Below are positions 1-10,347 of a stretch of 64,000 nucleotides of DNA, in pieces (position 1 is the first letter of the stretch; each line of letters begins with the position of its first letter). Under the pieces are notes generated by a model. That model did no database searches. It was not told the origin of the DNA and worked only from the letters and a program-made list of their open reading frames with translations. The stretch comes from a virus. Its lineage: Duplodnaviria; Caudoviricetes. Made by a program: the position numbers and the translations under genes. The stretch lies in the IMG/VR virus record IMGVR_UViG_3300021256_000056, positions 96,001 through 160,000 of that record. The stretch is one strand, 5' to 3'.

Positions 1-2
1 CT

Positions 3-3000
3 GCTGTCAAGTTTTGGGCTGTCCATCCAAGTAATAACGTGGGTAAGGTCTTGGACCACTCCGCCAGCCTCTTCTCTATAAAACGTTCCCGTTGGGAGGG
101 GGTTGTTGTAGGTTCCGCCAGTTACGAAATAATTGCCATCATCAAGATTGTGTATGTCTTCTTCCTCTCCTTCCTCCTCATCTACTGGCCTTATTTTTTG
201 GATTGCAAATGCATAACTCGTCTTAATTCCGATAAAGGAGTCTATACCAGAAGCAAACATTACTTTTCCATGTGTTTCATCTAAAAAATGTTCGCTGGCA
301 TTCATCATTGCCTTGAGGTTTTCATTTTCATCACGAACACCTATAACTTCCCTAAGTAATACACCTTCCTGGTTGTCTATTTGAGTTTCAGTAAAAGCAC
401 TACGAAGATATTCCAGCCCCTCGACGCTCCCTGGGTCTCCCTTATCACCCTTTACCTTTACAATATTCCAGTCTGCGTCATTGAAGATACCGTTGGTACC
501 ATTGATTGTTGCCATGAATATTGCACCATTAATACAGCTGCTGGCATCATCATACCAACCAGCGGTATTTGCTGATGCCCACCATGCGGCACTATTATCA
601 AAACCAACGGGAATGGGGTTATATGTGCCATCGTTGTTTCCTGATGAATATGCGGCCTCAAAATCAACTGTATCTACCATCCTCGTGGGTGAACTCCAGT
701 TCCCAGTTTCGCTTGGCGTGGTAGAATATCTTCTTGTTACCATCCATATAACCCTGTCTCCGCTGACAGTGCTTGGGGTATCTGTCCAGTTTACTGTGTG
801 AGGCGTTGTCCCCGTTGGTGCAGGATTATTATAATCACCACCGCTTACTGTATCTTGACTAAGGTCGATACTTTCCTTTTGTGAGGTGAAATAAAACGCC
901 GTGTATGAACCGTCAGCCCCATCTTTACCATCCTCTCCGTCTTTTCCGTTCTCAACAAACTTTGATACTACAGACCATTCGCTTGAGGTGATTGTATCGT
1001 TCTCGCCTATTGAAATCGCGGTTGCTCTTGTTGTATAGCAAGGTAAAAGGCCATCAATAGCGGGCATATCTTGGGTCCAACCACTTAAATTTCCAGAAAG
1101 AATACCAGTTGCAAATGTATATAATAAATTGGCTTGCGGAACTGAAGGTATTGTACTGTCGCGTTTATATAGTGTTACGGTCGCCGAATTTAGGCCGTTT
1201 GTGCCATCTGCACCGTCTTTAGAGAGTTCTACTGGCGTAGCCCACTTTGTGTGTTCAATAGTTTGTGTTGTCCCAGTACTATAAACGCTTGCTGCCGTTA
1301 CATAGACAGGTTTATTTGTTTGATAAGCAGGAAAATCCCTGCTCCAGCCATAGGGTACACTATCGAGGGTGTTTGTAGTGAAATCATATGTTATGGCGTT
1401 TGTCCAATCTATCGTCGCTACGGTTTCTGACCTCTTATAAAGGTATATCATTGCGGAGCTATAACCATTTTTGCCTTCATCGCCCCGCTCGCCTTTAACC
1501 TTTATTACCTGCCAATCATTGTCATTAAATACCTTATTACTTCCTTTGATTGTTGCCATATAAACTGCATCGCCAGAAAAGTCGGTTACATCATCATACC
1601 AACCCTGGCTATTGGCTAACGCCCACCATGTGGCACTATCGGGGTCGAAGTTTATTGGAATTACAGGTGCAACGGCATTGGGACTATACATTACTTCAAA
1701 GTTTGCGGTGTCTTCTAGTCTCTGAGGGCGACACCACTGTGTAACCTGGGTTCCAGCCGTTGTGGGGCCTTCGCTTGAGAATATTGAACTTGTCATCCAA
1801 ACAACACCAGCGCCAGAAGGTGCACTACTCCACACAACCGCAGTTCCTGCTGTTGTGCCGCTATCTGGTAATGGATTTACGAAGGTTCCTCCAGTTGGTG
1901 TTCCGTTGCTTATATTAACGCCCTCTGGGAGTGTTGTAAATGCAAAAGAAGTAAATATGGTATAACCATTTTCTCCGTCACTTCCATCTTCACCCTTGCA
2001 TTTGATAACATCCCAGTTTGACCAAACAGATTCCCCTGCAGGCTTATATATTCTATGGGCTTGGACCATCCATCTTGTATTTTCATTTGAAGTGTTAGTC
2101 CATGGTCCATATTGTGTGTTTATCGGGTCATTCTCCCATGCGGTCTCATTAAAACTACCATCAGCGTTGGTGTGCGCACTTGGAGGAACGAGGTTGCTTG
2201 AAGAAAATGAAGGCCCGTCATAGGAGCTATACTCAGCCTCAAATTCAATGGAATCTGATACCTGACTTAGTTGTGCTGCGGGGCTAAAGTAAGACCATGT
2301 TCCGTCGGCAAGTATTGCTCTCTTCGCTACCCAAATAAAATTATACGTTCCAGGTACAATACTCATTGGTGCAGCTTGCCAGCCTTCCGTACTTGGAACC
2401 CATCCTGGCGTAGTGAATGCATTAGCGTCATACACAACATTTAAAATTTCTGCGCCCTCGGGGTAGCCATGTTCTGCACTCGAAGTTGTTGTCGGAACAA
2501 TTCGGCTATCATTATTTGTAAGCGTTCCTAAATATATCGTTTCTTGGCCGATGCTCTTACCGTTTTCAGCATATTGAGTCCAAAGGAATGGCTCTCCAAA
2601 TACCTGCCAGCTCTTTCCGCCGTTACCGTCGTCTGTATATTTTCTTGTTGCACACCATAAGAACGGCCTTTGTGGTGAAACGCTTACGGGGGAATCAACC
2701 CAGCCACCACACCATCCTTTGCTTTCAAAATCGTGGGTCATTTGTCCACCAAGTAGCCATGTTTGCTGATATGCGGCAGACTCCTCATTTTGTATATCGG
2801 AACTAATTTTTTCACGTCCTGGAACGAATTTATTTTCTTGATAATAAGCTAATAAGGTTTGCTTCTGGACTTCCGTTAATTCAATATGCTCATGTTCTTC
2901 ATTATCGTTGTAATATGGACCAAAAATGCCACTTTTACTTGATTCACTAAAGTTCTGAGGGGGCATTTCAGGTGCTACATTGTAGGGGTATGAATATGAG

Positions 3001-4928
3001 ACAACGGAGTAATCTTCTAGATGATAGAATTTATTGTTAACGCTATCATAAATATATTCCTCATCCTCCTCGGGGTCAACTTCTTCATCTGTTGGCACAT
3101 ATGTTACTGAGTGCTCCCTGCATAAATCTTCTTCTTCTGGTGTTGGATTTGTAAGCTCTCTATAGCCATACATTTGTGTTGCGGTCTCAATTGCCGTTTC
3201 GGTTATACGGAAAATATACTCAACACCATCACCATCTATACCATCAGTACCCTTGGCCGCCCAAACGATTGGTGTGCCAAATAACGCCCATTCCAATGCA
3301 CCACCCGAGGCGGTAATTTCCCTTCTTGTAGAACAGGCCTCAATTTCATGCTCCAAATCCACACCTAAGGGACTATCGGTCCAGTGATATTGCCAATCTG
3401 GACTTTCTGGGATAAAGTCACTTTGTGTTCTACTTGTTACTGGATATCCTTCATACTCTGGATGTGATTCCTGATTCCTCATTTCATTGCATTCTGCGGA
3501 CTCGATGTATAACTGGTAATCACTTAATTTGGGGAATCGACAATATATAAACTCTATCCCACTTCCGTCGGCACCATTTATACCATCTTTTCCAGTAATC
3601 CTATTGGGTGTTGACCATGCACCTTTTATTTTCCCGTTTTCTTCATAGCCAAACTCGGCCTGTGACATCCACAATAATTCCCCGTCTGCGAGTGTTGGGG
3701 TTGTCGTCGTCCACGTGGCATATCCACCAAGCTGACTTGTGCTTGAAGTAAAGCTTGAGGGGTTTAATGTGTCATTATTCGTGTCCCAGTTGGCTACTGT
3801 GGATTCTGGGGCGTTGGGCGTCACGCCGCTTGGAATAGCGGTAAATATCATGAACATTCTTCCACCGTTAATACCATCTTTACCACTCTCACCTTTTATC
3901 TTTACAACCTCCCAATCGCTCCAACTCCCATTGTTGAGTGAACAGGTCGCCATATACGTTGTTGACGTGGTTGCATTGTCGCTCCATACACCACAGGTGG
4001 GTTCCATCTCCTGCTCCCATCTTACAATGTCAGTTTCGCCATAATCACTAATATAGCCGTTTAAGTTTGCGAGATATTCTGGGTGATTAAATACGGCATC
4101 TGTTTTATCGTTTGAGTCTGCCCATTCGACTTGGAACGAGGTTGTGTCGCTCATAAGCACGGGGGAAGTCCAATCGCTTATTGGCCCCAAAGTTCCTTCC
4201 TCAAATGTTGCTTTTGTCATCCAGACTGATGCAGTATTATTCGTTGGTATTGATTCGTGCCACACTCCTGTTGGCGTAGTAGGGACAGGATTGTCATAAG
4301 TACCCCCTGCGGGTGTTCCAGGAACGGACATTTGCCTTGCAAAAGCATAGCTCACAAACCTTGCTTTGGCTTCGTTGGGCTGAATATTTGTCCAATTATA
4401 ATCAGTTGCGCTTTCGCCTCTGGTTCCAGCAACAATCTGTAATCCCATCCACTTGTCTCCCTCCTCAAATTCACTGTGTATGGGTGTGCTAGCGTCGGGC
4501 ATTGAACTTGAATTAGCATACGCATAATAAATATGATACGCATTCATATCACACTCGCCGTCATCGCCCTTAATATTATAAAAATTGAAATAAAGGATTT
4601 TCTTATCATCGTCTATTACTAGCGATGTTTGTACATTTGTGGAGCCACCATTTTCTGTTACCGTACACCTTATTTCGTCAATACCAGGAATGCAAGTGCT
4701 GTTAGTATTATAATATGTTTCGTATTCCATGGATGATTCTCCAAGAAGATGAGCAACATTGTTTCGAAAAGCGAGTTTATACTCGTTTTCGTTGCCAATG
4801 TAACTCTGAGCCAAGTTTTGTAAGCCCAAAAGGTCGTTTCCTTCGGGTGCTTTATCGTAAACCTGTCCGTTAAGTCCGATATATTCGGTTTTTCCACCAT
4901 TATCTTTTGTCCATAGATATGTTACCAT
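3..4928 (-). CDS. Large tail fibre / receptor-binding protein (3' end outside window, >1640 aa)
   Basis: ATG at 4928 (MVTYLWTKDNGG...). Frame spot-checked as open at about 4900-4260, 3600, 2880, 1890, 420, 300 and 120. Missing from the ORF track because there is no stop in the window. Has collagen-like GxD/GxN stretches (ITGKDGINGADGSGIEFIY), repeated GG(T/D)(Y/F)xNPxP modules and many Trp/Thr/Pro. Lies at the end of the baseplate operon. Confidence 0.8.
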   Translation of the reverse strand, partial: MVTYLWTKDNGGKTEYIGLNGQVYDKAPEGNDLLGLQNLAQSYIGNENEYKLAFRNNVAHLLGESSMEYETYYNTNSTCIPGIDEIRCTVTENGGSTNVQTSLVIDDDKKILYFNFYNIKGDDGECDMNAYHIYYAYANSSSMPDASTPIHSEFEEGDKWMGLQIVAGTRGESATDYNWTNIQPNEAKARFVSYAFARQMSVPGTPAGGTYDNPVPTTPTGVWHESIPTNNTASVWMTKATFEEGTLGPISDWTSPVLMSDTTSFQVEWADSNDKTDAVFNHPEYLANLNGYISDYGETDIVRWEQEMEPTCGVWSDNATTSTTYMATCSLNNGSWSDWEVVKIKGESGKDGINGGRMFMIFTAIPSGVTPNAPESTVANWDTNNDTLNPSSFTSSTSQLGGYATWTTTTPTLADGELLWMSQAEFGYEENGKIKGAWSTPNRITGKDGINGADGSGIEFIYCRFPKLSDYQLYIESAECNEMRNQESHPEYEGYPVTSRTQSDFIPESPDWQYHWTDSPLGVDLEHEIEACSTRREITASGGALEWALFGTPIVWAAKGTDGIDGDGVEYIFRITETAIETATQMYGYRELTNPTPEEEDLCREHSVTYVPTDEEVDPEEDEEYIYDSVNNKFYHLEDYSVVSYSYPYNVAPEMPPQNFSESSKSGIFGPYYNDNEEHEHIELTEVQKQTLLAYYQENKFVPGREKISSDIQNEESAAYQQTWLLGGQMTHDFESKGWCGGWVDSPVSVSPQRPFLWCATRKYTDDGNGGKSWQVFGEPFLWTQYAENGKSIGQETIYLGTLTNNDSRIVPTTTSSAEHGYPEGAEILNVVYDANAFTTPGWVPSTEGWQAAPMSIVPGTYNFIWVAKRAILADGTWSYFSPAAQLSQVSDSIEFEAEYSSYDGPSFSSSNLVPPSAHTNADGSFNETAWENDPINTQYGPWTNTSNENTRWMVQAHRIYKPAGESVWSNWDVIKCKGEDGSDGENGYTIFTSFAFTTLPEGVNISNGTPTGGTFVNPLPDSGTTAGTAVVWSSAPSGAGVVWMTSSIFSSEGPTTAGTQVTQWCRPQRLEDTANFEVMYSPNAVAPVIPINFDPDSATWWALANSQGWYDDVTDFSGDAVYMATIKGSNKVFNDNDWQVIKVKGERGDEGKNGYSSAMIYLYKRSETVATIDWTNAITYDFTTNTLDSVPYGWSRDFPAYQTNKPVYVTAASVYSTGTTQTIEHTKWATPVELSKDGADGTNGLNSATVTLYKRDSTIPSVPQANLLYTFATGILSGNLSGWTQDMPAIDGLLPCYTTRATAISIGENDTITSSEWSVVSKFVENGKDGEDGKDGADGSYTAFYFTSQKESIDLSQDTVSGGDYNNPAPTGTTPHTVNWTDTPSTVSGDRVIWMVTRRYSTTPSETGNWSSPTRMVDTVDFEAAYSSGNNDGTYNPIPVGFDNSAAWWASANTAGWYDDASSCINGAIFMATINGTNGIFNDADWNIVKVKGDKGDPGSVEGLEYLRSAFTETQIDNQEGVLLREVIGVRDENENLKAMMNASEHFLDETHGKVMFASGIDSFIGIKTSYAFAIQKIRPVDEEEGEEEDIHNLDDGNYFVTGGTYNNPLPTGTFYREEAGGVVQDLTHVITWMDSPKLDS

Positions 4929-4936
4929 ACTGAAAA

Positions 4937-7834
4937 TTAATTACTTCTGTTATTTGTTGATTCTTCTTCAATGCTATACTCAAACAACGTTGTTGCTGGT
5001 ATCAACTGTTTCAGATAAAACAACACTTTATTTGTTATAAAATCTCTATAATTTCTTTTATCAATTTCTCTGGCGCTCGCATCTGTCCTGAAATGACTCG
5101 TTGGTTCAATAAATATAATGGATAACCGCTTTGAATTGATAATTGAATTGGCCGCAGATATATCATTATTTTCACCGCCAGTTTCGGGATTATAAGGCGT
5201 TGCTGAATTATTATCAAACGTAATTGTGACGCCAGTATTTTCTTCCGTTGCAGTAATTGGAATTGTGCCGTAATCATATTTATAATCCGTTGCGGCGCTG
5301 AACATGACCTCTCTCACTTTCTTATCATCAGTCACCGCTTCACCTTCTTCAAGGTCTCTAAGCCTGTCTGTAAAATACCAACACTTTTTGTTATCAACTA
5401 TTTTATCGAGGCGCCCATCCGTATTATCTACGCTACTGGTAAAAGAACAGGCTGTAACTTCTAATAGTTCCTCGTCTGAAAGTGTTGCAAAATTTGCTTT
5501 TTCTATCGCTGGGTTAAACGGGTGGAACATTGTTTGCATGTATTCTCTACCGTCATCATAACGACTATGGCCCATGTGGGGATTATTCCCTTCTGTGTTA
5601 TCCACTATTGACTCGAGGTAATAAACCTTTTTTGCTTCTTTGCTTAGCGTCCCTGCAGTACTTTCAATCTCTGTAAGCGGAACGCATTTCCATCCCATTG
5701 CTGTGGTTGCGCTGCCGTCAACCGTGACATAGCCAAGGGTGCTTGAATATGTATCGTCCTCCAAATAGAAGTAGTGTGATGCATTATCAACCGTTAAGCT
5801 TGTATCTGAGCCAAAAGAATATTTTTCTGCAAGACCGCTTAAGTCGGTTACATAACAAACGTTATCTGTTCTAACGATTGCACGACCTAATTCTAGCATA
5901 TCATCCAAAGTTGCTGCATACTTCAAATCGCTTATTGTTTCATTATATAATTTGAAGTTTGCGTCGGATTCGATATATTCTCTATATTGACTAAAGTCGG
6001 TATTGTTTACTTTCATTTTATCCGTCCTTCCCCAGCCACCATTCATTTGGAAATATAAATCATTGTCATATGTACGCCCATTTTCATACCATGGCACAAC
6101 ATATGAATAATCTTGACCCTCAACCTCATAAAAAATCTTTTTTAAAGGTAAACCGTATAAGGCGTCGTCGCCCGCCATGTCAAAATTGTATTTACGTCTA
6201 TTATATGATGCAACCTTTTCGTATGACGGATATGTCGATGCTGTGCTACCAGGGACTGGCGCGGGGCCAGCGAGGGCGATATACTCGCTTATGATAAAAT
6301 CACCAACATTCTCTGTTGGCTTAAATTCCTTTAACCCAAATAAACCCAATAAAGATACTAACCCCTTCTTGGTTCCTTTCATCGAATGAAGATATGAACT
6401 GTTTACCCTTAGTCTTCTGTAGAATTCACTATTTATTCCGTCCTTATCATATAATATGTTTCCACCATCATATGAAACGGATATTAAATCAAGCATGTTG
6501 TTTACCGAGGTGACCTCCCATCCACTGTTCTTTAACGTGGTGGCCAGCGCGTTATCGGGCACATTATTTTTCTTGTTGTACGTAACATTACCTGATTTAG
6601 ATATTACATCTGCAAACCTCTTTAAGTCATCATATTGTCTTCCATAGACCTTAAGTATTGGTTCTATTTTTGTCGTATCGATGGTTTCGAATTCGATTGT
6701 GTCATCGCCTTTCTCTCTGGTGAAAGTCCAGTCGAGGTTCTTAATTGCCTCGTGCGTCATTGAACGCCAGATATTGTCACTATCAAACTCATCGTGATAT
6801 GACGCTAAGGCGATGAGGCTTTCAAGATAGTTCTCATACGCTGCATTTGAAATGTCTGGGTTCCATCCATATGTTGTTGGCCAAATATAATTCCTCTTGT
6901 ATGTGAAAAATCCCTTTTCGGTTTCATATGGCGTATTAAAAGTCGCCATGTATAGAGGATTGGTATCTCTATTTAGAAGAACTCTCACAAAATCACTTGC
7001 ATTATCAAAGAACTCATCTATGTATGTTTGGTTCGGTCTAATTCTATAACCAACCTTCGTGATATCGCTGTGAAGTAGGGTAATATCATCTCCACGTTGA
7101 TATGCATATATGGTTAATGTTTCCGCAACATTTCCGTTCTCTGTAATAGTAATAACTGCATCGGCAATTATTGTGCCGTTGCTTATCTCCTCACAACTTC
7201 TGTTATAATGATGTATTGTTATTTCAGACGGACAAGATTCATATGCAGCAAAACTGTTACCAGTGTTTGTTATTGGTTCAAATATGACATATTTATTGAG
7301 ACTTTTTGCAAGATAACGCAGTTCGTTTTCTACGGTTTCTTCATCCACATCTTCCGTAATAACGTCAATGCCATAATCATTTGAAACCAAATAATAGACG
7401 CTCGCCGTACCGCCAGTAACCTTCTCGCGGAATTCTTTATCCGTAAAATAAAGTTCTGCAGGGAAATTTAATAGAACTTCTACAACAGACGCTTTTACAA
7501 GATTAACTGCAGAGCCATAATAGGCGAAATCCTTCATTGACTCGTAGTCGGGATTTAACCTTGTGCCAGTTTTCTTTGGCGTAATATTCTGTTCATTCCC
7601 AGCTTCATAATCTGGTATCCACCTACCATTGTTGTGTTTCTTCTGTTCATTAAGTCCAGACCTGACCTGAAACTTAAAGTTATTGATACCATATACCTGC
7701 CTTTCGGAAGGGGACATCGCATCAAACGATGAAACCGTCATAAAATCCCTTTCAAATACGGTTCCACCAGAAGTCTTTTGATGTTGACTTCTGTAAACAT
7801 AATTAGATTTACTTTTTATGTATTTTGATGCCAT
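4937..7834 (-). CDS. Baseplate wedge / tail structural protein (965 aa)
   Basis: Long ORF in the baseplate operon; YLHSMKGTKKGLVSLLGLFG resembles the KGT...L motif of P2 gpI / T4 gp7-like wedge proteins; C-terminal YLKQLIPATT. Confidence 0.6.
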   Translation of the reverse strand: MASKYIKSKSNYVYRSQHQKTSGGTVFERDFMTVSSFDAMSPSERQVYGINNFKFQVRSGLNEQKKHNNGRWIPDYEAGNEQNITPKKTGTRLNPDYESMKDFAYYGSAVNLVKASVVEVLLNFPAELYFTDKEFREKVTGGTASVYYLVSNDYGIDVITEDVDEETVENELRYLAKSLNKYVIFEPITNTGNSFAAYESCPSEITIHHYNRSCEEISNGTIIADAVITITENGNVAETLTIYAYQRGDDITLLHSDITKVGYRIRPNQTYIDEFFDNASDFVRVLLNRDTNPLYMATFNTPYETEKGFFTYKRNYIWPTTYGWNPDISNAAYENYLESLIALASYHDEFDSDNIWRSMTHEAIKNLDWTFTREKGDDTIEFETIDTTKIEPILKVYGRQYDDLKRFADVISKSGNVTYNKKNNVPDNALATTLKNSGWEVTSVNNMLDLISVSYDGGNILYDKDGINSEFYRRLRVNSSYLHSMKGTKKGLVSLLGLFGLKEFKPTENVGDFIISEYIALAGPAPVPGSTASTYPSYEKVASYNRRKYNFDMAGDDALYGLPLKKIFYEVEGQDYSYVVPWYENGRTYDNDLYFQMNGGWGRTDKMKVNNTDFSQYREYIESDANFKLYNETISDLKYAATLDDMLELGRAIVRTDNVCYVTDLSGLAEKYSFGSDTSLTVDNASHYFYLEDDTYSSTLGYVTVDGSATTAMGWKCVPLTEIESTAGTLSKEAKKVYYLESIVDNTEGNNPHMGHSRYDDGREYMQTMFHPFNPAIEKANFATLSDEELLEVTACSFTSSVDNTDGRLDKIVDNKKCWYFTDRLRDLEEGEAVTDDKKVREVMFSAATDYKYDYGTIPITATEENTGVTITFDNNSATPYNPETGGENNDISAANSIINSKRLSIIFIEPTSHFRTDASAREIDKRNYRDFITNKVLFYLKQLIPATTLFEYSIEEESTNNRSN

Positions 7835-7838
7835 CTAG

Positions 7839-8738
7839 TTATTCTTCTACAATGTTATTGTATTCTTGTCCTTCTACGTCAATTTCACCCGCACCCTTCA
7901 AATGTTTAACATCATATAGAGGTTTGCCTGTTGCGGACTTAAGGGTATATATTTCGTGCTGTTTGTAGATTTGCTTATTCGCGTCATATGTGGTAAGTAA
8001 ACCGTGGTCGAGGTCTCTAATCTGGTCTCCTTCGAGCATTGTGCTGATTGTATCCGCGTCATGGTCTACCATTTCAATCTCAATCATAACAGGGTTGAAC
8101 TTGGTGTTTATGATGTGTATTTTTTGCCCCACAGTTCCAATTGAAGGTGATACGTTAGGCTTATAACTACTTGATGTTGACGGTGTAAGTGTGCAGAATA
8201 TGAGTTTATCCTCGCTTGCATTGGTTAATTTATACCTAGTTGACCTTGCATATGAATCACCAACCGTAACTTTAACTGGCACGCAGTTATTTGATGATGT
8301 GATAAGTCTAATCATGCCATCTACGAGTTCGTCATTATCATAATATTCCACGCGATACCCTTCGAGGTTGCTATTGTTGTCTACATCGTCTGAATTAATG
8401 ACAATACCCTCCACTACGGGGTTGCTGTAATTTTCTAATATACTAACATCAACGATATTCAATTCTATCTCTCTTGGTTTTATGTATATAGTATAGAACC
8501 CTTTTGAATTGAAGATATCAAGAGGAAGCTTTAGGGAATACAAGCCCCCAATGTTTATAAGTCCCGCATTGCTATCCATAGTAGTAGCGGGAACTAGGCA
8601 GTTGCTGTCTAGTTTCTTAAAACCATCGCTAAAGTTTTCATCTATAGTTCCCCTTGTTGGGCAATAATAGTAGAATATATCTATGTCGGTCTGTGGGTTC
8701 ACAGTTGCAGGCCTAATTGTTCCGTATACTCCTGGCAT
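7839..8738 (-). CDS. Putative virion structural protein (299 aa)
   Basis: Tightly packed ORF in the structural operon; beta-rich composition; no catalytic motif recognised. Confidence 0.55.
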   Translation of the reverse strand: MPGVYGTIRPATVNPQTDIDIFYYYCPTRGTIDENFSDGFKKLDSNCLVPATTMDSNAGLINIGGLYSLKLPLDIFNSKGFYTIYIKPREIELNIVDVSILENYSNPVVEGIVINSDDVDNNSNLEGYRVEYYDNDELVDGMIRLITSSNNCVPVKVTVGDSYARSTRYKLTNASEDKLIFCTLTPSTSSSYKPNVSPSIGTVGQKIHIINTKFNPVMIEIEMVDHDADTISTMLEGDQIRDLDHGLLTTYDANKQIYKQHEIYTLKSATGKPLYDVKHLKGAGEIDVEGQEYNNIVEE

Positions 8739-8765
8739 TTTATAAAGTTTTTAGTTCTTTATTGG

Positions 8766-10346
8766 TTAGAGATTGAAGATGTTATTATGATATGACCTTA
8801 GGTCTTCATATGTGTTGCATTCGCTTAATCTAAAATGATTTTCAAATGCGCTGGCACCACCTCTTTCAATCTCAATGTTAACATTAATCTTGGGCTCTTC
8901 AGAAATGTGATTGAGGTATTCTTTTTTGAATACTGGGGCATTGCTGGCCACGCCGCCCCTCCAAACATCACCCGTTGTCAATCCGACAATATGTGATAAA
9001 TTAGTATCTCTGGCGAGTTCAAAATCTTTATTATAAATAGTAAAGATTTTATTATTAAAATCAATTTCTTCGTATGTTAGAGTGGCGTTTCCGAACTCAA
9101 TTTCTTTCTCTGTGTAATCATATTTTTCCCTATATTCTATACCGCCGTTCGTGCCAGGGTCCCCAAAAATAAAACGCCCGTTTTGTAATCGGATATCCGC
9201 ACCAAAAGCATAAGTAAATTCAATCATTCCATTATTTCTTTCTATGCTTTCGATATAATCCCCCGTGAAATAATCTGCACCCTTCTGGGGGTTGGGGGCT
9301 GGGTTAAAAACTTCGCCAACAACATATGGCACCGTTGTTGCGGTTTTCTGACTATTTGTCCATATGAATGGCATGAGGTCGCCATTATCACTATAAACCT
9401 TATCTCTTGACCTTAATTCCTGCAGTCTTGATTCTGTTGTGAAGCCTACTTCGTACGTCTGTGCGCTTGGTCTTAATCCCCTTATTTCTTCAGTGTAATT
9501 GAACTGAGGGTCATCCTCTTCATAAACACTCATGACTCCATTATCCTCATATGTCTGGGTTAGAAGTATTGGTATCTCTATTGAGGGCACCCTTAGCGCT
9601 TGCTGTATTTGTAATCTTTCCCATTTTTGTAATTCTCTTTCATATAAATTGCTATTTTGAACTAAAAAATGATACATTGCGTCGCCCCCTCTTTCGTCCC
9701 ACTCTTTTTCTATACAACAATCTTTGGGCTCATTTTTTACTCTGGCTCTATTATCTTCAAACCACTTTAACCAAACTGGTATCTGTGAAACATAAAACTG
9801 TCCTGGAACTCTTGGACCTGATATGTTGCTTGGAATCGTTATCAACCCAAATAGACCAACTTCAACTTTCTTTATTAAACTATCACCCCCGAGATTAAAA
9901 TATGTATCTCTATCTTCTTTGGAGACAAGACGAATATATTTGAAATTAATAGTGTTCTCGCCGTTTTTTTCTTGGAAAACCCCTTTCCCTAAGTCAATGA
10001 AAAGGTTTTCATCACATGGTATAAAATCTTTTTTCCTAATGTCTTCATCAAGGTCACTAGTATAATATGTTACATTGTTTTTCTTGAATCTCTTGAGACA
10101 TAACCCCTTATTCAATATGGCTCGAACAGTATAATATTTGCGCAAAACGGTTTCCGTATTTTGACCATACGAATCAAACTCTGAGCAATCACAAATTATT
10201 CCACCCCAGTTTCCGTTAACGCCGCTTGCTGGAATAAACGGGATAATTTTACTGCCATTGTATTCATTAACAGGAATATATGGAGCCAACCCAAATGAAT
10301 GACTCCTTAATAATTCTAAGTTTATTTTTTTTCTAATAATTTCCAT
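8766..10346 (-). CDS. Putative virion structural protein (526 aa)
   Basis: Long ORF, 1 nt from the upstream stop, in the structural operon. Confidence 0.55.
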   Translation of the reverse strand: MEIIRKKINLELLRSHSFGLAPYIPVNEYNGSKIIPFIPASGVNGNWGGIICDCSEFDSYGQNTETVLRKYYTVRAILNKGLCLKRFKKNNVTYYTSDLDEDIRKKDFIPCDENLFIDLGKGVFQEKNGENTINFKYIRLVSKEDRDTYFNLGGDSLIKKVEVGLFGLITIPSNISGPRVPGQFYVSQIPVWLKWFEDNRARVKNEPKDCCIEKEWDERGGDAMYHFLVQNSNLYERELQKWERLQIQQALRVPSIEIPILLTQTYEDNGVMSVYEEDDPQFNYTEEIRGLRPSAQTYEVGFTTESRLQELRSRDKVYSDNGDLMPFIWTNSQKTATTVPYVVGEVFNPAPNPQKGADYFTGDYIESIERNNGMIEFTYAFGADIRLQNGRFIFGDPGTNGGIEYREKYDYTEKEIEFGNATLTYEEIDFNNKIFTIYNKDFELARDTNLSHIVGLTTGDVWRGGVASNAPVFKKEYLNHISEEPKINVNIEIERGGASAFENHFRLSECNTYEDLRSYHNNIFNL

Positions 10347-10347
10347 A

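Noticed and set aside
39-4900. Short ORFs listed in the track for the first 4.9 kb
   Set aside because: They are antisense or out-of-frame shadows of the single minus-strand fibre ORF 3-4928.
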